A stretch of 64,000 bases of DNA from Bradymonadia bacterium (GTDB taxonomy: Bacteria; Myxococcota_A; Bradymonadia; UBA7976; UBA1532): contig JBKAGE010000036.1 in assembly GCA_046290225.1 (NCBI GenBank), forward strand, positions 96,001 to 160,000, written 5' to 3'. Of this stretch, positions 49,001-61,376 are shown in pieces (the stretch's first letter is position 1; each line of letters starts with the position of its first letter). Below the pieces are notes generated by a model. The model ran no database searches. It saw only the letters and a list, made by a program, of their open reading frames with translations, and was not told where the DNA came from. The position numbers were made by a program, and so were the translations under genes.

Positions 49001-49940
49001 CCCGGCTCGTGTCGATGGTCAGGCTCTGGCCGTCGCTGAGGGTGGGCGGGTTGTAGGCCTCACCACAGGTCCCCTGCTCGCTGTAGTCACCGGCAGCGTA
49101 ACAACCGGGATCGTTCGGGTAGTCGATCTGGCCGTCGTTGTCGTTGTCGCGGTTGTCGGCACAGTCCGGGGTGCGACCGCGATCGGTCTCGTCGCGGTCC
49201 CCTACCCCGATACAGCCAGGATCGTTGGGGAAGTCGACGAAGCCATCAGCGTCGTTGTCCACCCCGTCGGCGCAGCCTGGAGGGTTCTCTGGGGACATCT
49301 CGTCATCGTCACCGGCTGCGGTACAGCCGAGATCGTACGGGAAGTCGATGACCCCATCGCCATCGTTGTCGAGGCTGTCGCTGCACTGAGGGGCCTCTTC
49401 AGGATCGTTCTCCCGAGGATCAGCGACACTGGCACAGCCAGGGTCGAGCTCGTCGACGAGGCCATCCTGGTCGTTGTCGAGGCCGTCGCTGCACTGAGGC
49501 ATCGGCGGTGGGTTGGTCTCGTCGTTGTCCAGAGGAGAGCCACAGCCGGGATCTTCGGGGAAGTCGGTGAAGCCATCCGTGTCGTTGTCGAGGCCGTCGT
49601 CACAAGCCGGCGGCACGGGATCGGTCTCGTCATCGTCGCGAGGGGCATCGCACCCGGGATCGTCCGGGTAGTCGATGGCGCCGTCATCATCGTTGTCCAC
49701 ACCATCATTGCAGGCGGTCTCGACGGGCGCTTCCCCACCGGCACCGCCCACTTCACCACCTGCTCCACCGGGACCGCCAGCGACACCTCCGGCGCCGCCC
49801 TCGCCGCCCTCTCCAGCAGCTCCACCGGCGCCGCCAGCGTCGGGCGGGTCGACCTGATTGTTCTCGGATTCGGAGTCACAGCCCATGGCCAGAGCGGCCA
49901 GAAGGGCGGCGGTACGCCAGATGCGTCCTGTATGCGACAT
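46026..49940 (-). CDS. Large surface lipoprotein with 17 Ca-binding-like CxDGxDNDxDGxxDxPxDPGC repeats and three beta-sandwich (PPC-like) domains
   Basis: Lipobox AMGC, Gly-rich linker, repeat blocks of 6+2+9 separated by 'GSCGG..PExVY..YxIFxD' domains. Confidence 0.85.
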   Translation of the reverse strand: MSHTGRIWRTAALLAALAMGCDSESENNQVDPPDAGGAGGAAGEGGEGGAGGVAGGPGGAGGEVGGAGGEAPVETACNDGVDNDDDGAIDYPDDPGCDAPRDDDETDPVPPACDDGLDNDTDGFTDFPEDPGCGSPLDNDETNPPPMPQCSDGLDNDQDGLVDELDPGCASVADPRENDPEEAPQCSDSLDNDGDGVIDFPYDLGCTAAGDDDEMSPENPPGCADGVDNDADGFVDFPNDPGCIGVGDRDETDRGRTPDCADNRDNDNDGQIDYPNDPGCYAAGDYSEQGTCGEAYNPPTLSDGQSLTIDTSRGVFGTAGSCGGQGSPEVVVFYRLERDVESLRISTANPGTVVPTTVYVRRLDCLDGAAEVVCSREAVDQESFGQTITLNNLDRGEYYIFLDGVDGRGGDVEILVEEVPLAQCLNGIDDDGDGNIDYPEDPGCERPDDRDEFDEGEFPICSDGLDNDGDGVADFPLDPGCVSAADVSEDDICGAGVRFQEIFLDPGSIQGNLGDGASNARGSCGGANQPELVYYYYNPYSARLTFSTDHPETEANTILYVRSECDRVASELACSEGAEDEEGNIARAEVTIDSATVGGYFIFVDSRFGDGAPFKLTVEAERLPAGCANGFDDDGDALIDGEDPGCESLVDEDERDPVPAIITACDNGRDDDGDGYADFPFDPGCVAVGDDDETDPEEVSQCSDGIDNDEDGVTDFPDDAGCSSRSDTIEDDPRPTPQCANRLDDDQDGLTDYPFDPGCYAAGDRGEADPELLPACANELDDDRDGIADFPFDPGCTAAGDDDETDPPEGELPVCSDGEDNDEDGITDFPLDPGCRWAADPDEEDPRFAPACGNGNDDDGDGRPDFPDDPGCRYAADTSEENEGVLPVRCADGVDNDFDGLIDLRDFGCEDNEDDDETDPDVLPVCGNEIDDDEDLLTDWPDDPGCQAAGDLSEDQSCRPEVDTPLIPVNGTVMGATVEGDPDRYNNRCGGRQAPEAVYRYVLEEAATLRISAANEGTDYAPVISVSTDCEEPGAMVACAGNFANPEPTLLLPDAEPGEYFIFIDGGGPEQWVSAGGNIVMPADPRNFQARNDIQAAGWSDGGNDAFDGYGRITITHNGAASGQLDVSLGQRNAQAGGYGFTIDSSQPHPNVWRIRLEPTVEFDERLVDFVLTGNLGSDGSTQSAQLTAEFNGRDLAYMRTADGPIANGNAQPRSDPPVLHMLVPSDPEQVGQVDYGIDRDNVTITANGMKLPLTMYVALSYVEAPGPVVNAVLTDVELRAGPGGEDAPRFGNFELSVTELPAE

Positions 49941-50070
49941 GCTTCTCCCCAACGATCTCGCCGCGCCAGCCGCGGCACCGATGCACATTACTGCAACTTT
50001 GTAGATTGATTTAAGAGACAAACCCAGATCACTGTGTCACGCCAGTTCGACGTGAGGAGGTCAGGCCAGC

Positions 50071-51273
50071 ATGTGGTGGGTGTCTGTCATCAGTCTCGGG
50101 GTCTTGTTGCTGTTCTGGACCCTCGCCTTGTTGAAGATGCTCAAGGGCGATCCCAAGCCCCCAGAGTACGTCCTCGACGACGAGACCACCCCGGATCCTC
50201 TCCCGGACACGTTGTCGCTCTCGGTGGTGATCCCTGCCCGGAACGAGGCCCACAACATCGAAGCCTGCGTGCGCTCGGTCCTCTCGACTCGATGGTCTGG
50301 GCCATTGCAGGTGGTGGTCATCGACGATCGCAGCACCGACGGCACAGGCGAAATCCTGGCCCGCATCGCCGCAGAGGACGATCGCCTCCTGGTCGTCGAG
50401 GGGGCAGATCCGCCGTCGGGCTGGCTGGGCAAGCCCCACGCCCTTCACCTCGCTCAGAAAGCCGCCACAGGGGATTGGCTCATGTTCATCGACGCCGATG
50501 TCGTGCTCGATCCGCTGGGCCCCCAGCGCATCATCGGCCGAGCGGCGAGCCAGGAGATCGGCATGTGCTCCGGCCTGGGGCGCCTGGTGGTGGAGAGCTT
50601 CTGGGAAAAGGTGATGATGACGCGGATGGGTGGCGTCATCGCCGGCGGCAACCCTCTTGAAGAGGTGAACGACCCAGAGCACGAGCGGGCGCTGGCCAAC
50701 GGGCAATGTCTGATCTTCAGTCGCGCCACCTACGACGCCATGGGCGGCCACGAAGCCATCAAGGGCAGCGTGCTCGACGACGTCGACTTCGCCCGCAAGG
50801 CCAAGGCCGAGAAAGTGCCCTACCGTCTCTACTTTGCTCCTGGCGTCTTCCGGTGTCGCATGTACACCGGCTTCAAGGAGATCTGGGAGGGCTGGACGAA
50901 GAACCTCTTCCCAGCGTTGGAGTACAGCTACTGGGTGACCTTCATCGTCACGGTGTTGCTCTTCGCCAGCACCGTCCTTCCCTTCGTGTTGCTGGCGAAG
51001 AATCTGGTCTGGATGGCCGCGGGCTACCCTGTGGACCCCACCATCCTCGGCTTGGAGATCGGCATCTGCGCTGTGGCCCTCGCCATGGATTTTCAGGGCC
51101 ATCGCACCCACGGCTACGCCGCAGGCACCTTCTGGACGTTCCCTCTGGGCATGTTCTTGATCGTGGTGCTCTTCTGGCGCAGCGCCTGGCGCATCGGATC
51201 CGGCAAAGGGGCTGTCTGGAAGGGCCGTGTGGTGGAAGCAGGCGGCCGCCCTCAAAAGCCCTCTGGTGACTGA
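50071..51273 (+). CDS. Membrane glycosyltransferase family 2 (HpnB/CruC-like lipid glycosyltransferase)
   Basis: VVIPARNE, DDRSTDGT, GWLGKPHAL, FIDAD, NGQCL, DDVDFA, RMY...EGWTKN. Confidence 0.88.
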   Translation: MWWVSVISLGVLLLFWTLALLKMLKGDPKPPEYVLDDETTPDPLPDTLSLSVVIPARNEAHNIEACVRSVLSTRWSGPLQVVVIDDRSTDGTGEILARIAAEDDRLLVVEGADPPSGWLGKPHALHLAQKAATGDWLMFIDADVVLDPLGPQRIIGRAASQEIGMCSGLGRLVVESFWEKVMMTRMGGVIAGGNPLEEVNDPEHERALANGQCLIFSRATYDAMGGHEAIKGSVLDDVDFARKAKAEKVPYRLYFAPGVFRCRMYTGFKEIWEGWTKNLFPALEYSYWVTFIVTVLLFASTVLPFVLLAKNLVWMAAGYPVDPTILGLEIGICAVALAMDFQGHRTHGYAAGTFWTFPLGMFLIVVLFWRSAWRIGSGKGAVWKGRVVEAGGRPQKPSGD

Positions 51274-51283
51274 CACGTGATCG

Positions 51284-51396
51284 AAAATCTGAAACTCAGA
51301 TGTTCAGATTTTGTGGCAACGCCCTCCCCTCCACCTCCACCAAACTCATATTTTCAAGCACTTGCGCTCTCTCGAGCCGATGGCACGCCCTGTGCT
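51284..51396 (+). promoter_or_regulatory. sigma54 promoter region: inverted repeat, IHF-like site, -24/-12
   Basis: AAAATCTGAA-N9-TTCAGATTTT (51284-51312); TTTCAAGCACTTG (51352-51364); TGGCACGCCCTGTGCT (51381-51396). Confidence 0.7.
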
Positions 51397-51433
51397 CAAG
51401 CAGATGGCGAACTCGGAACTGGGAGATCAAGAC

Positions 51434-54400
51434 ATGAAGCGCAAGACCCCTCGTCTCTCTGGCCTCGTGGCCCCCGCCCTGCTCGCTGGCCTCGCCCTCG
51501 GCGGCTGCGATCAGGACACACCTGACACCACGGGCCCCGTGGGCGGTTCGGAGATCAACCCCGACAGGCCTCAGCCCGATCCGGATCCTGGTCAGACCGC
51601 GTTCATCTCCGCTGACGGCAACGCCGGCCAGCAGGCAGGTCGAGGCGACGACTTCGGCGCCGCCGGTGCTGAAGAGAACGCCGCGCCGCCTGCCGACGAT
51701 GGCGCCGCCGAGCGCACCGTAGAAGAGGGCGACATCTACCGGGTGCTCGACGGCAACCGCATCTTGAACCTCAACAGCTACCGTGGCCTGCAGATCATCG
51801 ACTTCAGCGATCCCGCCGCGCCGGAGATGCTCGGTCGGGTGCCTCTCTCGGGCAACCCCGTGGAGATGTACGTCGTGGGCGATCGAGCGGTGGTCCTGCT
51901 CAACCAGTGGGTGGGCTATTGGGGCAGCCGCGACGACTTGCGCTTCGGCCGCCACGAGGGCGGCGTGGTGGCCCTCATCGATCTCGCCGATCCCAGCGCC
52001 CCCCGACTGCTGGGGCAAATTCCTGTGCCAGGCTACATCCGCACCAGCCGGGTCACCCGAGAGGGCGATCAAGCAGCCCTCTACGTTGCCGCTCAGGTCT
52101 GGCAGACCTGGGACGAGTCCGGCCAGGCCGTCGCCGCCGAAGAGCAAACCGTCGTGCGCAGCTTCGAAATCAGCGGCGGTCGCCTCGCGCCCCGCTCCAG
52201 CATCTCCCTCGGTGGCTACGTCGCCGACATTCAGGGCACCCCCGAGGCCCTGCTCGTGGCCCGCAACGACTATGACTGGAATCGCGACGAGCAGGCTGGC
52301 AGCCAGGTCTCGGTCATCGACATCAGCAGCGCCGACGGCACCATGGTGGAAGGGGTCGATGTGCAGGTGGCGGGCATGGTGGCCAAGAAGACCGACATGG
52401 ATCTCCGCGACGGCGTGCTCCGTATCGTGAGCGGTAGCCGGTGGGGCGGGTCCGAGACCAACCACCTGCAAACCTACGATGTCACCGCCCCTGGTGAGGC
52501 CACCCCCATCGATCACGAGACCTTCGGCGACGGCATGGACCTCTATGCCACCCTGTTCATGCAGGAGAAGGCGTTCTTCGTCACCTACCGCCGGGTCGAC
52601 CCCTTCCACGCCTTCGAGATCACCCCTGAGGGCGACGCCACCGAGATGAGCGAGTTCGTAGTGAGCGGCTGGAACGACTGGTTCAAGCCCGTCTTCGGGG
52701 GCGATCGTCTGCTCGGTGTGGGCTTCAACGACGAGGGGGGCACTCGGGCGCTGGCGGTGAGCCTCTACGACAGCGAGAACCTCGTGAACCCCGAGCCCCT
52801 CATCGAGCGCGCCGAGGTCGACATGGAATGGGGCTGGTCCGAGGCCAGCTGGGACGACCGGGCCTTCACGGTGTTGCAGAACGCCGTGGCCATCGAGTCT
52901 GAAGACGGCGCCCTGGAGACCGGTTTGATCCTCCTGCCCTTCAGCGGCTGGAGCGAGGGCAGCCACTATGAGTCGGGGGTGCAGATCTACACCTTCTCAG
53001 AGCACACCCTCACCCGCCGTGGCGCCATGCATCATGACGCTCCAGTGCGGCGCTCTTTCATGGCCGAAGAGGCCCTCACGGCCAACCTCTCGGAGACCAG
53101 CCTCGATCTATACGACACCGCCAACCCCGACGCGCCGGAGCAGGTGGGTGGCATCGAGCTGGCCCCTGACTACAGCGACGTGCTCCGCTTCGGCGATCAC
53201 CGCGTGCGCCTCAAGGGCACCACGGGCTACTGGTGGTACGGCGACCGCGCTCTGCCTGACGCCGCGGCTCAGATCATCCCTGCCGGGGTGCACCCCGACG
53301 AGGCAACCCCCGTGGCCGAGATCACCCTGCATCCACGCAGCCAGCTGACCAGGGTGAGCGACGATCTGCTCGTGGCCTGGCACATGGAGTACGTCGATGC
53401 GCAACGCCAAGGGGGCGAGGCGCCGATCTACGAGACCACCCTCGACACATATGACCTGTCGAACCCCGCTGAGCCTCGCCACCTCGGCAGCCTCACCACC
53501 CGCGACATCATCCCCGGCGGCTACTACGGAAACGACTATGGTGGCTGGGGGCTCGAGGACTGCTTCGACTGTGGCCACTACTGGGGTCCCTGGCAGAGCC
53601 AGGGACAGGTCTTCGTCACCGGCGATGACGCCCTCACGTTCATCGGCCTCGAAGGCCAGCAAGAGGTCATCGGCGAGCAGGAGAGCTGTCACGAGTACGT
53701 CGACTACAACTGCGACCAGCGGGGTGGCGAAGAGGTCTGCTACTACGGCGGCATCACCTGCAATCGGCTCAACGGCGGCCCTGAGGTCTGCTATGGCAAC
53801 TTCGAGCGCTGCGAATACAGCCCCGAGGGTGGCAGCTGCGAGGCCATCGAGCGTGACGCGCTGCCCGAGGGCGCCCGCGTCGAGCGCAGCTGCCACACCC
53901 ATGACGTCACCCGTTACTGGCAGCGCCAGGTGGTCCAGACCATCGACTTGAGCGATCCCAGCGCCCCCGCCCTTCAGGCGGCGGTGAGCACACCCGCCGA
54001 CGACGAAGCTCAGGGCATCGTGCAGGACGGCGACACCCTCTACCTCTCCTTCAAGCACCCAGTAGAGATCGAGGGGGACGGTCGTCAGTTCGCCCGCTAC
54101 TACATCCGTCCGGTGACCTTCGCCGGCGCCACGCCCATGCTCGGTGACGCCATCAACGTGCCTGGCACCCCCCTCGACATCGAAGGCGATCAAATCATCA
54201 CGCAAGACCTGCTCTGGGGTGAGGAGATCGTCGAGACCGCGTTGGCGCGTCTGCAGATCATCGAAGCCGCCAATGGTCAACAGCTCGCCGTGCTCCGCGC
54301 TCGCCACCGCTTCGAGGGCCAGCTCGTGCACAAGGCCGTGCTCGACGGTGCCGGCAACGTCGCCGTGGCGCACAACCTCGCCTGGCAGATCGCCCGACGC

Positions 54401-54718
54401 GATGCTGAGCCCGACCACCGGCTGCATCTGAGCCTGCTCACCCTCGAAGATCTCGACCTGCAGTCCGCCACCGCCATCGATCACTGGGCCAGCCTGCAGG
54501 CAGCCCAGGCCGGTCGAGCGTTGTTCCAGGTCGGCGGCGGTCTGCTGAGCATCAACACCGAGAACGCCGCCCAGCCTGTGCCTCAGGCTTTCTTCCCCAC
54601 CCAGGGCTGGCCCAGCGGGGTCACCCTCGACGGCGGTGAGATCATCGTGCCCGCCGGTCGATTCGGGGTGTACCGCTTCGATCTCGACCTGCAGAACCTT
54701 CTGCCCGCCCCGCTCTGA
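51434..54718 (+). CDS. Beta-propeller-domain lipoprotein with Cys-rich insert
   Basis: Lipobox LGGC; VEEGDIY, NSYRGLQIIDFSDP, AFFVTYRRVDPF; GGGAG RBS. Confidence 0.8.
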   Translation: MKRKTPRLSGLVAPALLAGLALGGCDQDTPDTTGPVGGSEINPDRPQPDPDPGQTAFISADGNAGQQAGRGDDFGAAGAEENAAPPADDGAAERTVEEGDIYRVLDGNRILNLNSYRGLQIIDFSDPAAPEMLGRVPLSGNPVEMYVVGDRAVVLLNQWVGYWGSRDDLRFGRHEGGVVALIDLADPSAPRLLGQIPVPGYIRTSRVTREGDQAALYVAAQVWQTWDESGQAVAAEEQTVVRSFEISGGRLAPRSSISLGGYVADIQGTPEALLVARNDYDWNRDEQAGSQVSVIDISSADGTMVEGVDVQVAGMVAKKTDMDLRDGVLRIVSGSRWGGSETNHLQTYDVTAPGEATPIDHETFGDGMDLYATLFMQEKAFFVTYRRVDPFHAFEITPEGDATEMSEFVVSGWNDWFKPVFGGDRLLGVGFNDEGGTRALAVSLYDSENLVNPEPLIERAEVDMEWGWSEASWDDRAFTVLQNAVAIESEDGALETGLILLPFSGWSEGSHYESGVQIYTFSEHTLTRRGAMHHDAPVRRSFMAEEALTANLSETSLDLYDTANPDAPEQVGGIELAPDYSDVLRFGDHRVRLKGTTGYWWYGDRALPDAAAQIIPAGVHPDEATPVAEITLHPRSQLTRVSDDLLVAWHMEYVDAQRQGGEAPIYETTLDTYDLSNPAEPRHLGSLTTRDIIPGGYYGNDYGGWGLEDCFDCGHYWGPWQSQGQVFVTGDDALTFIGLEGQQEVIGEQESCHEYVDYNCDQRGGEEVCYYGGITCNRLNGGPEVCYGNFERCEYSPEGGSCEAIERDALPEGARVERSCHTHDVTRYWQRQVVQTIDLSDPSAPALQAAVSTPADDEAQGIVQDGDTLYLSFKHPVEIEGDGRQFARYYIRPVTFAGATPMLGDAINVPGTPLDIEGDQIITQDLLWGEEIVETALARLQIIEAANGQQLAVLRARHRFEGQLVHKAVLDGAGNVAVAHNLAWQIARRDAEPDHRLHLSLLTLEDLDLQSATAIDHWASLQAAQAGRALFQVGGGLLSINTENAAQPVPQAFFPTQGWPSGVTLDGGEIIVPAGRFGVYRFDLDLQNLLPAPL

Positions 54719-54798
54719 AGCCTGCCAGCGCCCCCTGGCAGACACTCTTCGCGAAAACCTGCCCACCTTCCCCCTGCCCTCGGCTATATTCCCCCGCC

Positions 54799-55317
54799 AT
54801 GAGATGGCTGTTCCTCGATAGAATCACCGAGATGGTCCCCGGAGAGCGCGCCCAGGGGTTGAAGGGCGTCGCTTCGAGCGAGGACTACTTCGTCGACCAT
54901 TTTCCCAGCTTCCCCGTAGTGCCCGGCGTGGTGCAGGTGGAAGCCCTCGCCCAGCTGAGTGGCAAGCTCATCGAGATCTCGATCTACGAGAGCGAGCGTC
55001 GGTGGGTGTGGCCGATATTGAGCATGGTGCGCAAAGCCAAGTTCAGGCGGTTCGTGCGGCCGGGGGATCAGATGGTCATGACCACAGACATCGTCGAGCT
55101 GCGGGAGGAGTCGGCCATCTGCAAGGTGAAGTCCACTGTCGATGGTCAGATCACCACCAACGCCGAGCTGCTCTTCGTCTTCAACCCCGACCGGCTCGAG
55201 ACCGACGAGGCTCAGAAGCGGCTCGAAGGCCTCGAGCGAGCCAACCTCAAGGTGTTGTGGTCGGAGTACGAGGCCTGGGTCGAGCGGCTCGCCGCGGACG
55301 ACGCAGCTCAGGGCTGA
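54799..55317 (+). CDS. 3-hydroxyacyl-ACP dehydratase FabZ family
   Basis: FLDRI, DHFPSFPVVPGVVQVEALAQ, KFRRFVRPGD. Confidence 0.85.
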   Translation: MRWLFLDRITEMVPGERAQGLKGVASSEDYFVDHFPSFPVVPGVVQVEALAQLSGKLIEISIYESERRWVWPILSMVRKAKFRRFVRPGDQMVMTTDIVELREESAICKVKSTVDGQITTNAELLFVFNPDRLETDEAQKRLEGLERANLKVLWSEYEAWVERLAADDAAQG

Positions 55318-55462
55318 GGCCATTTCGACGCGCCCACTTCATCAGCCCCAGCGCATTGGGCTCACCTCGACATCGCGGTGATTGCCGGCCTCCTCGGGCG
55401 GTGGTACACCCTCAAGCACTCATCTTCACTTCGCACCCACACAGGGGCAGCAGCAAGCGGTT

Positions 55463-57139
<1,677 letters not shown>

Positions 57140-57144
57140 CCTAT

Positions 57145-57309
57145 GCTCCGGCGCTCCGGCTCTGTGGCCCGCCATCTGAGCGGCGATTTGGCGCATATTC
57201 GCGGCGCCAAAATGCTCGACGCAGCGCTGCTGCGCCTGCGCTTTTGCCACCACGACTGCGCGCCAACTCACCACTCAGATGACGACCCCCAGAGCCTCCG
57301 CGCCTCCGC
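57145..57309 (-). repeat. 165-bp rod-hairpin element E3 (folds on the minus strand)
   Basis: Starts 5 nt after the ettA TGA; inverted near-identical copy of E4 (6 differences by manual alignment). Confidence 0.92.
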
Positions 57310-57409
57310 TGAGGCTCTTTCCTACCACCTCTCTTTACTGTTGCTTACCAGTGGGTGGTGTAGGCCCTGATTTCATCTCGACCGAGCCTTAGCGGGCCAG
57401 GATGACACC

Positions 57410-57676
57410 TTGAAGCGATCACAGCTGATCATGCTCTGCCTTTGGCTCACCATTCTGTGCTCTCTTGGGGCGGTGGCCACCCGTTTGATTCGATTCCCTG
57501 ATGGGCAAATGAAAGACATGTTCATCATGATCAGCCCCATCTTCTTTGGCATCGCCGCCAAAAACGGCACTCGGCTTGGTCGAGCGGCCACAGTGGTCGC
57601 CTTGATTGGGCTCGTCTTTGCTGGAGCCGCGCTCTTTGCCGCCATCACCAGCAAAGTGCCGACCCCACCCACCTAA
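57410..57676 (+). CDS. Small membrane protein
   Basis: Three hydrophobic segments; AGGA before TTG. Confidence 0.5.
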   Translation: MKRSQLIMLCLWLTILCSLGAVATRLIRFPDGQMKDMFIMISPIFFGIAAKNGTRLGRAATVVALIGLVFAGAALFAAITSKVPTPPT

Positions 57677-57699
57677 GACCGACAGCACACAGAGGCGCA

Positions 57700-58134
57700 A
57701 TGGCCATCAAGTCTGCCCCCTGGCACCCCATCACCGCGCACATCGAGGCTCTCTACGGCGTCAGCAGCCGAGGGTTTGGCAACTTCGGCTTCTGGTTTGC
57801 TGATGGCGAGATCTGGATCAGCCCAGCGGGGTTTCATCACCCCGACAGCCTCGCCGATCTCCAGAATTGGGGCTGGCCGGTGCTCACAGCGTTGCCACCT
57901 GAAGGCGAGGCAACGGGGGATTTGCTCAAGATGATCGGGGCCGACGCCAAGCGCAACGTCGTGCAGGTGAACGACGCACAAGCAGAGCAGTTCACCCAAG
58001 GGCGCCTCGATCCCGAGCTCTGGGCCAATGTTGAACACACGGCGCCCCACCTCGCGGTGTGTAAAGGCCACCTGGCCCTCGGCGGCGTCGTCGCCACCAC
58101 AGGCGAAGCGCTCTCCGCTCGTTGGTTCGGATGA
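57700..58134 (+). CDS. Hypothetical protein
   Basis: 144-aa ORF with GAGG RBS. Confidence 0.6.
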   Translation: MAIKSAPWHPITAHIEALYGVSSRGFGNFGFWFADGEIWISPAGFHHPDSLADLQNWGWPVLTALPPEGEATGDLLKMIGADAKRNVVQVNDAQAEQFTQGRLDPELWANVEHTAPHLAVCKGHLALGGVVATTGEALSARWFG

Positions 58135-58149
58135 CCCCGAAGGTCTAAG

Positions 58150-58479
58150 ATGAACTGGCTGTATCTCGCGGGCGCGATCTTGGCAGAAGTCGTGGCCACG
58201 ACATGTCTTCAAGCCAGCAATGGTTTCACCCGTCTGTGGCCCTCCATCGTGGTGGTGGTGGGCTATGGCCTCGCCTTCTACTGCCTCTCGCTCGCTCTGC
58301 GCTCAATCCCCATGGGGATCGCATACGCCATCTGGTCAGGGGTGGGCGTGGTCATGATCACGCTGCTCGGATGGCTGCTGTATGGGCAGAAGATGGATCT
58401 CGCCGGGGTGGTCGGCATCGGCCTCATCGTGGCGGGCGTGGGGGTGCTTAACGTGTTCTCGAGAGCAGCCACCCACTGA
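58150..58479 (+). CDS. SMR family multidrug efflux transporter (EmrE/QacE-like)
   Basis: [16 protein letters not shown] (conserved TM1 Glu), [22 protein letters not shown]. Confidence 0.93.
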   Translation: MNWLYLAGAILAEVVATTCLQASNGFTRLWPSIVVVVGYGLAFYCLSLALRSIPMGIAYAIWSGVGVVMITLLGWLLYGQKMDLAGVVGIGLIVAGVGVLNVFSRAATH

Positions 58480-58498
58480 GCGGGCCCCACTCAACGAA

Positions 58499-58624
58499 TC
58501 AGTCGTGGCCTTTGTTGATCCAGTTGGAGTTTCGGAAGCGGGACGTTGTCTCGTCGAGTTCGTCTAGATCGGACAACTCAAGATCTGGGTGAAGGCGCGC
58601 CGCCCGTGCCAACAATGTCTTTTC
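58499..58624 (-). pseudogene. Orphan 3' fragment homologous to the end of the adjacent ferredoxin gene
   Basis: [41 protein letters not shown] aligns ungapped to 58952-59077 (27/41 aa identical). Confidence 0.85.
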
Positions 58625-58641
58625 AGCTTTTCGTCGGCGAG

Positions 58642-58724
58642 GGTGGTGGCGGTCATCGTGATGTCGATGAGGCCGTGTGGCAAATGCCTCCGCAGGTATG
58701 GCGGAGAAAGCGCAGGCGCAGCAG
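58642..58724 (+). repeat. Degenerate half (one arm) of the 165-bp element (E5)
   Basis: ggtggtggcggtcatcgtgatgtcgatgagg resembles the E1 arm ggtggtggcagtcgtcgtgaggtcggtgagg; 58703-58724 matches E2 28787-28808 at 21/22. Confidence 0.7.
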
Positions 58725-58787
58725 AGCAAGAACCCCCAGTCCCTAAAAAAAGCCCCCAAAGCCATAGAAATGCCAAGGCCGAGGCCC

Positions 58788-58951
58788 GCGGAGGCGTGGA
58801 GGTTCTGGGGGTCGTCAGCTGAGTGGTGAGTTGGCGCGCAGTCGTGGTGGCAAAAGCGCAGGCGCAGCAGCGCTGCGTCGAGCATTTTGGCGCCGCGAAT
58901 GTGCGCTAAATCGCCGCTCAGATGGCGGCCCACAGAGCCGGAGCGCCGGAG

Positions 58952-58952
<1 letters not shown>
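58788..58952 (+). repeat. 165-bp rod-hairpin element E4 (folds on the plus strand)
   Basis: Shares its terminal base with the ferredoxin TAG; apex GGCGCAGC-AGC-GCTGCGTC. Confidence 0.92.
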
Positions 58953-60241
<1,289 letters not shown>

Positions 60242-60242
<1 letters not shown>

Positions 60243-61237
60243 CAGTGAGATTCGTCGGGCACACACGCGCGCAGCTCCTGAGTCGGTGTCTGACCCGCCA
60301 CGCGGGGATCAGGTGGGTCGAGATACCCCGTGCGCCACAGGGCGAGGGTCTGTCGGGTGGTGTAACGAGGGGTGTAGTCCAGTGCCAGGGGCATCATCGA
60401 CACATCGAGAGGGGCCGAATCCACGAGACGCTCCCACTCCCCAGGGCCAAAGTTGATGCGTTTCGTGCGCTGCAGAAGCTCCAGGCCGCCCCGAGCCACC
60501 CAAGGATTGAGGTTGACCACCGGCTTCTCGAGGATGCCAGCCATCACCGACAGCGGCACCGCCTCCGTCCCGGCCACGTTCACCGGGCCCACCAGATCAG
60601 GCACCTGCAGCGCACGCACCAAAGCTTCCGCGGCGTCGTCCACATGGAGAAACTGCAATAGCGGATCGCGGCCTCGGCGGCCCAGAATCCAGGGCGATCT
60701 CAGCATGGCGTCGATGCGGGTCTCCACATGGGGCCCGATGACATGACAGCACCGCAGGGCCACAGCCTCGAGGCGGGGGTGAATCTCCGCAAAGCGCCAG
60801 AGGCGTTTTTCCGCCTGCAAGCGGCGGATGGCGTGGCGAGGCGCCACCTGCTCTCCCCACACCGGATCCGACTCTTTGCGTGGTGTCTGGTCGAAACGAT
60901 CACCCGTGGCGTAGACGTCGTAGCCGCTCATCTGCACCACGCGGCGTACTCCGGTGAGGCCGGCGGCTTCGAGGACCTTCTCCGTGGCCAGCACCGCGGT
61001 CTTGCTTCGGGCGCTGTTGCCGAAGACCAGGTTGAGTACGCACTCGATGTCGTTGAGCACCATCAGATCGCCCACGTCGATCGAGGTGAGATCGCCATGG
61101 ATGAACCGCACGGGGCCCAGCTGCTTCGGGGGACGCTGATCGATGCCGAAGACTCGGCCAAAGGGGTTCTTGTGGATCAGTCGACGGACCACCGCCTGAC
61201 CCAAATAGCCGCTCAAACCAGTGATGAGGATGTTCAA
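60242..61237 (-). CDS. NAD-dependent epimerase/dehydratase (atypical SDR)
   Basis: ILITGLSGYLG, QFLHVDDAAEAL, YTPRYTT; GGAGG before TTG. Confidence 0.85.
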
Positions 61238-61376
61238 CGCAACCTCCAGCACATCTGCCCAGGGCAGATCCTGGCACCGATCTACACCCTGAAGCGCTCG
61301 TGATCGAGGGGGTCGGCGCTCCACCTCACACAGAGGGCGAGGCGCGGAGGTTGCCTACGCTCGACGTGGCCGTGCC

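Noticed and set aside
58499..58933. 144-aa ORF (and the similar 57143-57370 ORF) as real genes
   Set aside because: They are translations of the repeat element, in one case running into the ferredoxin fragment; no RBS or coding signal
61337..61352. GCGAGGCGCGGAGGTT resembling an element terminus
   Set aside because: Only about 14 nt in GC-rich DNA, with no arm or hairpin following
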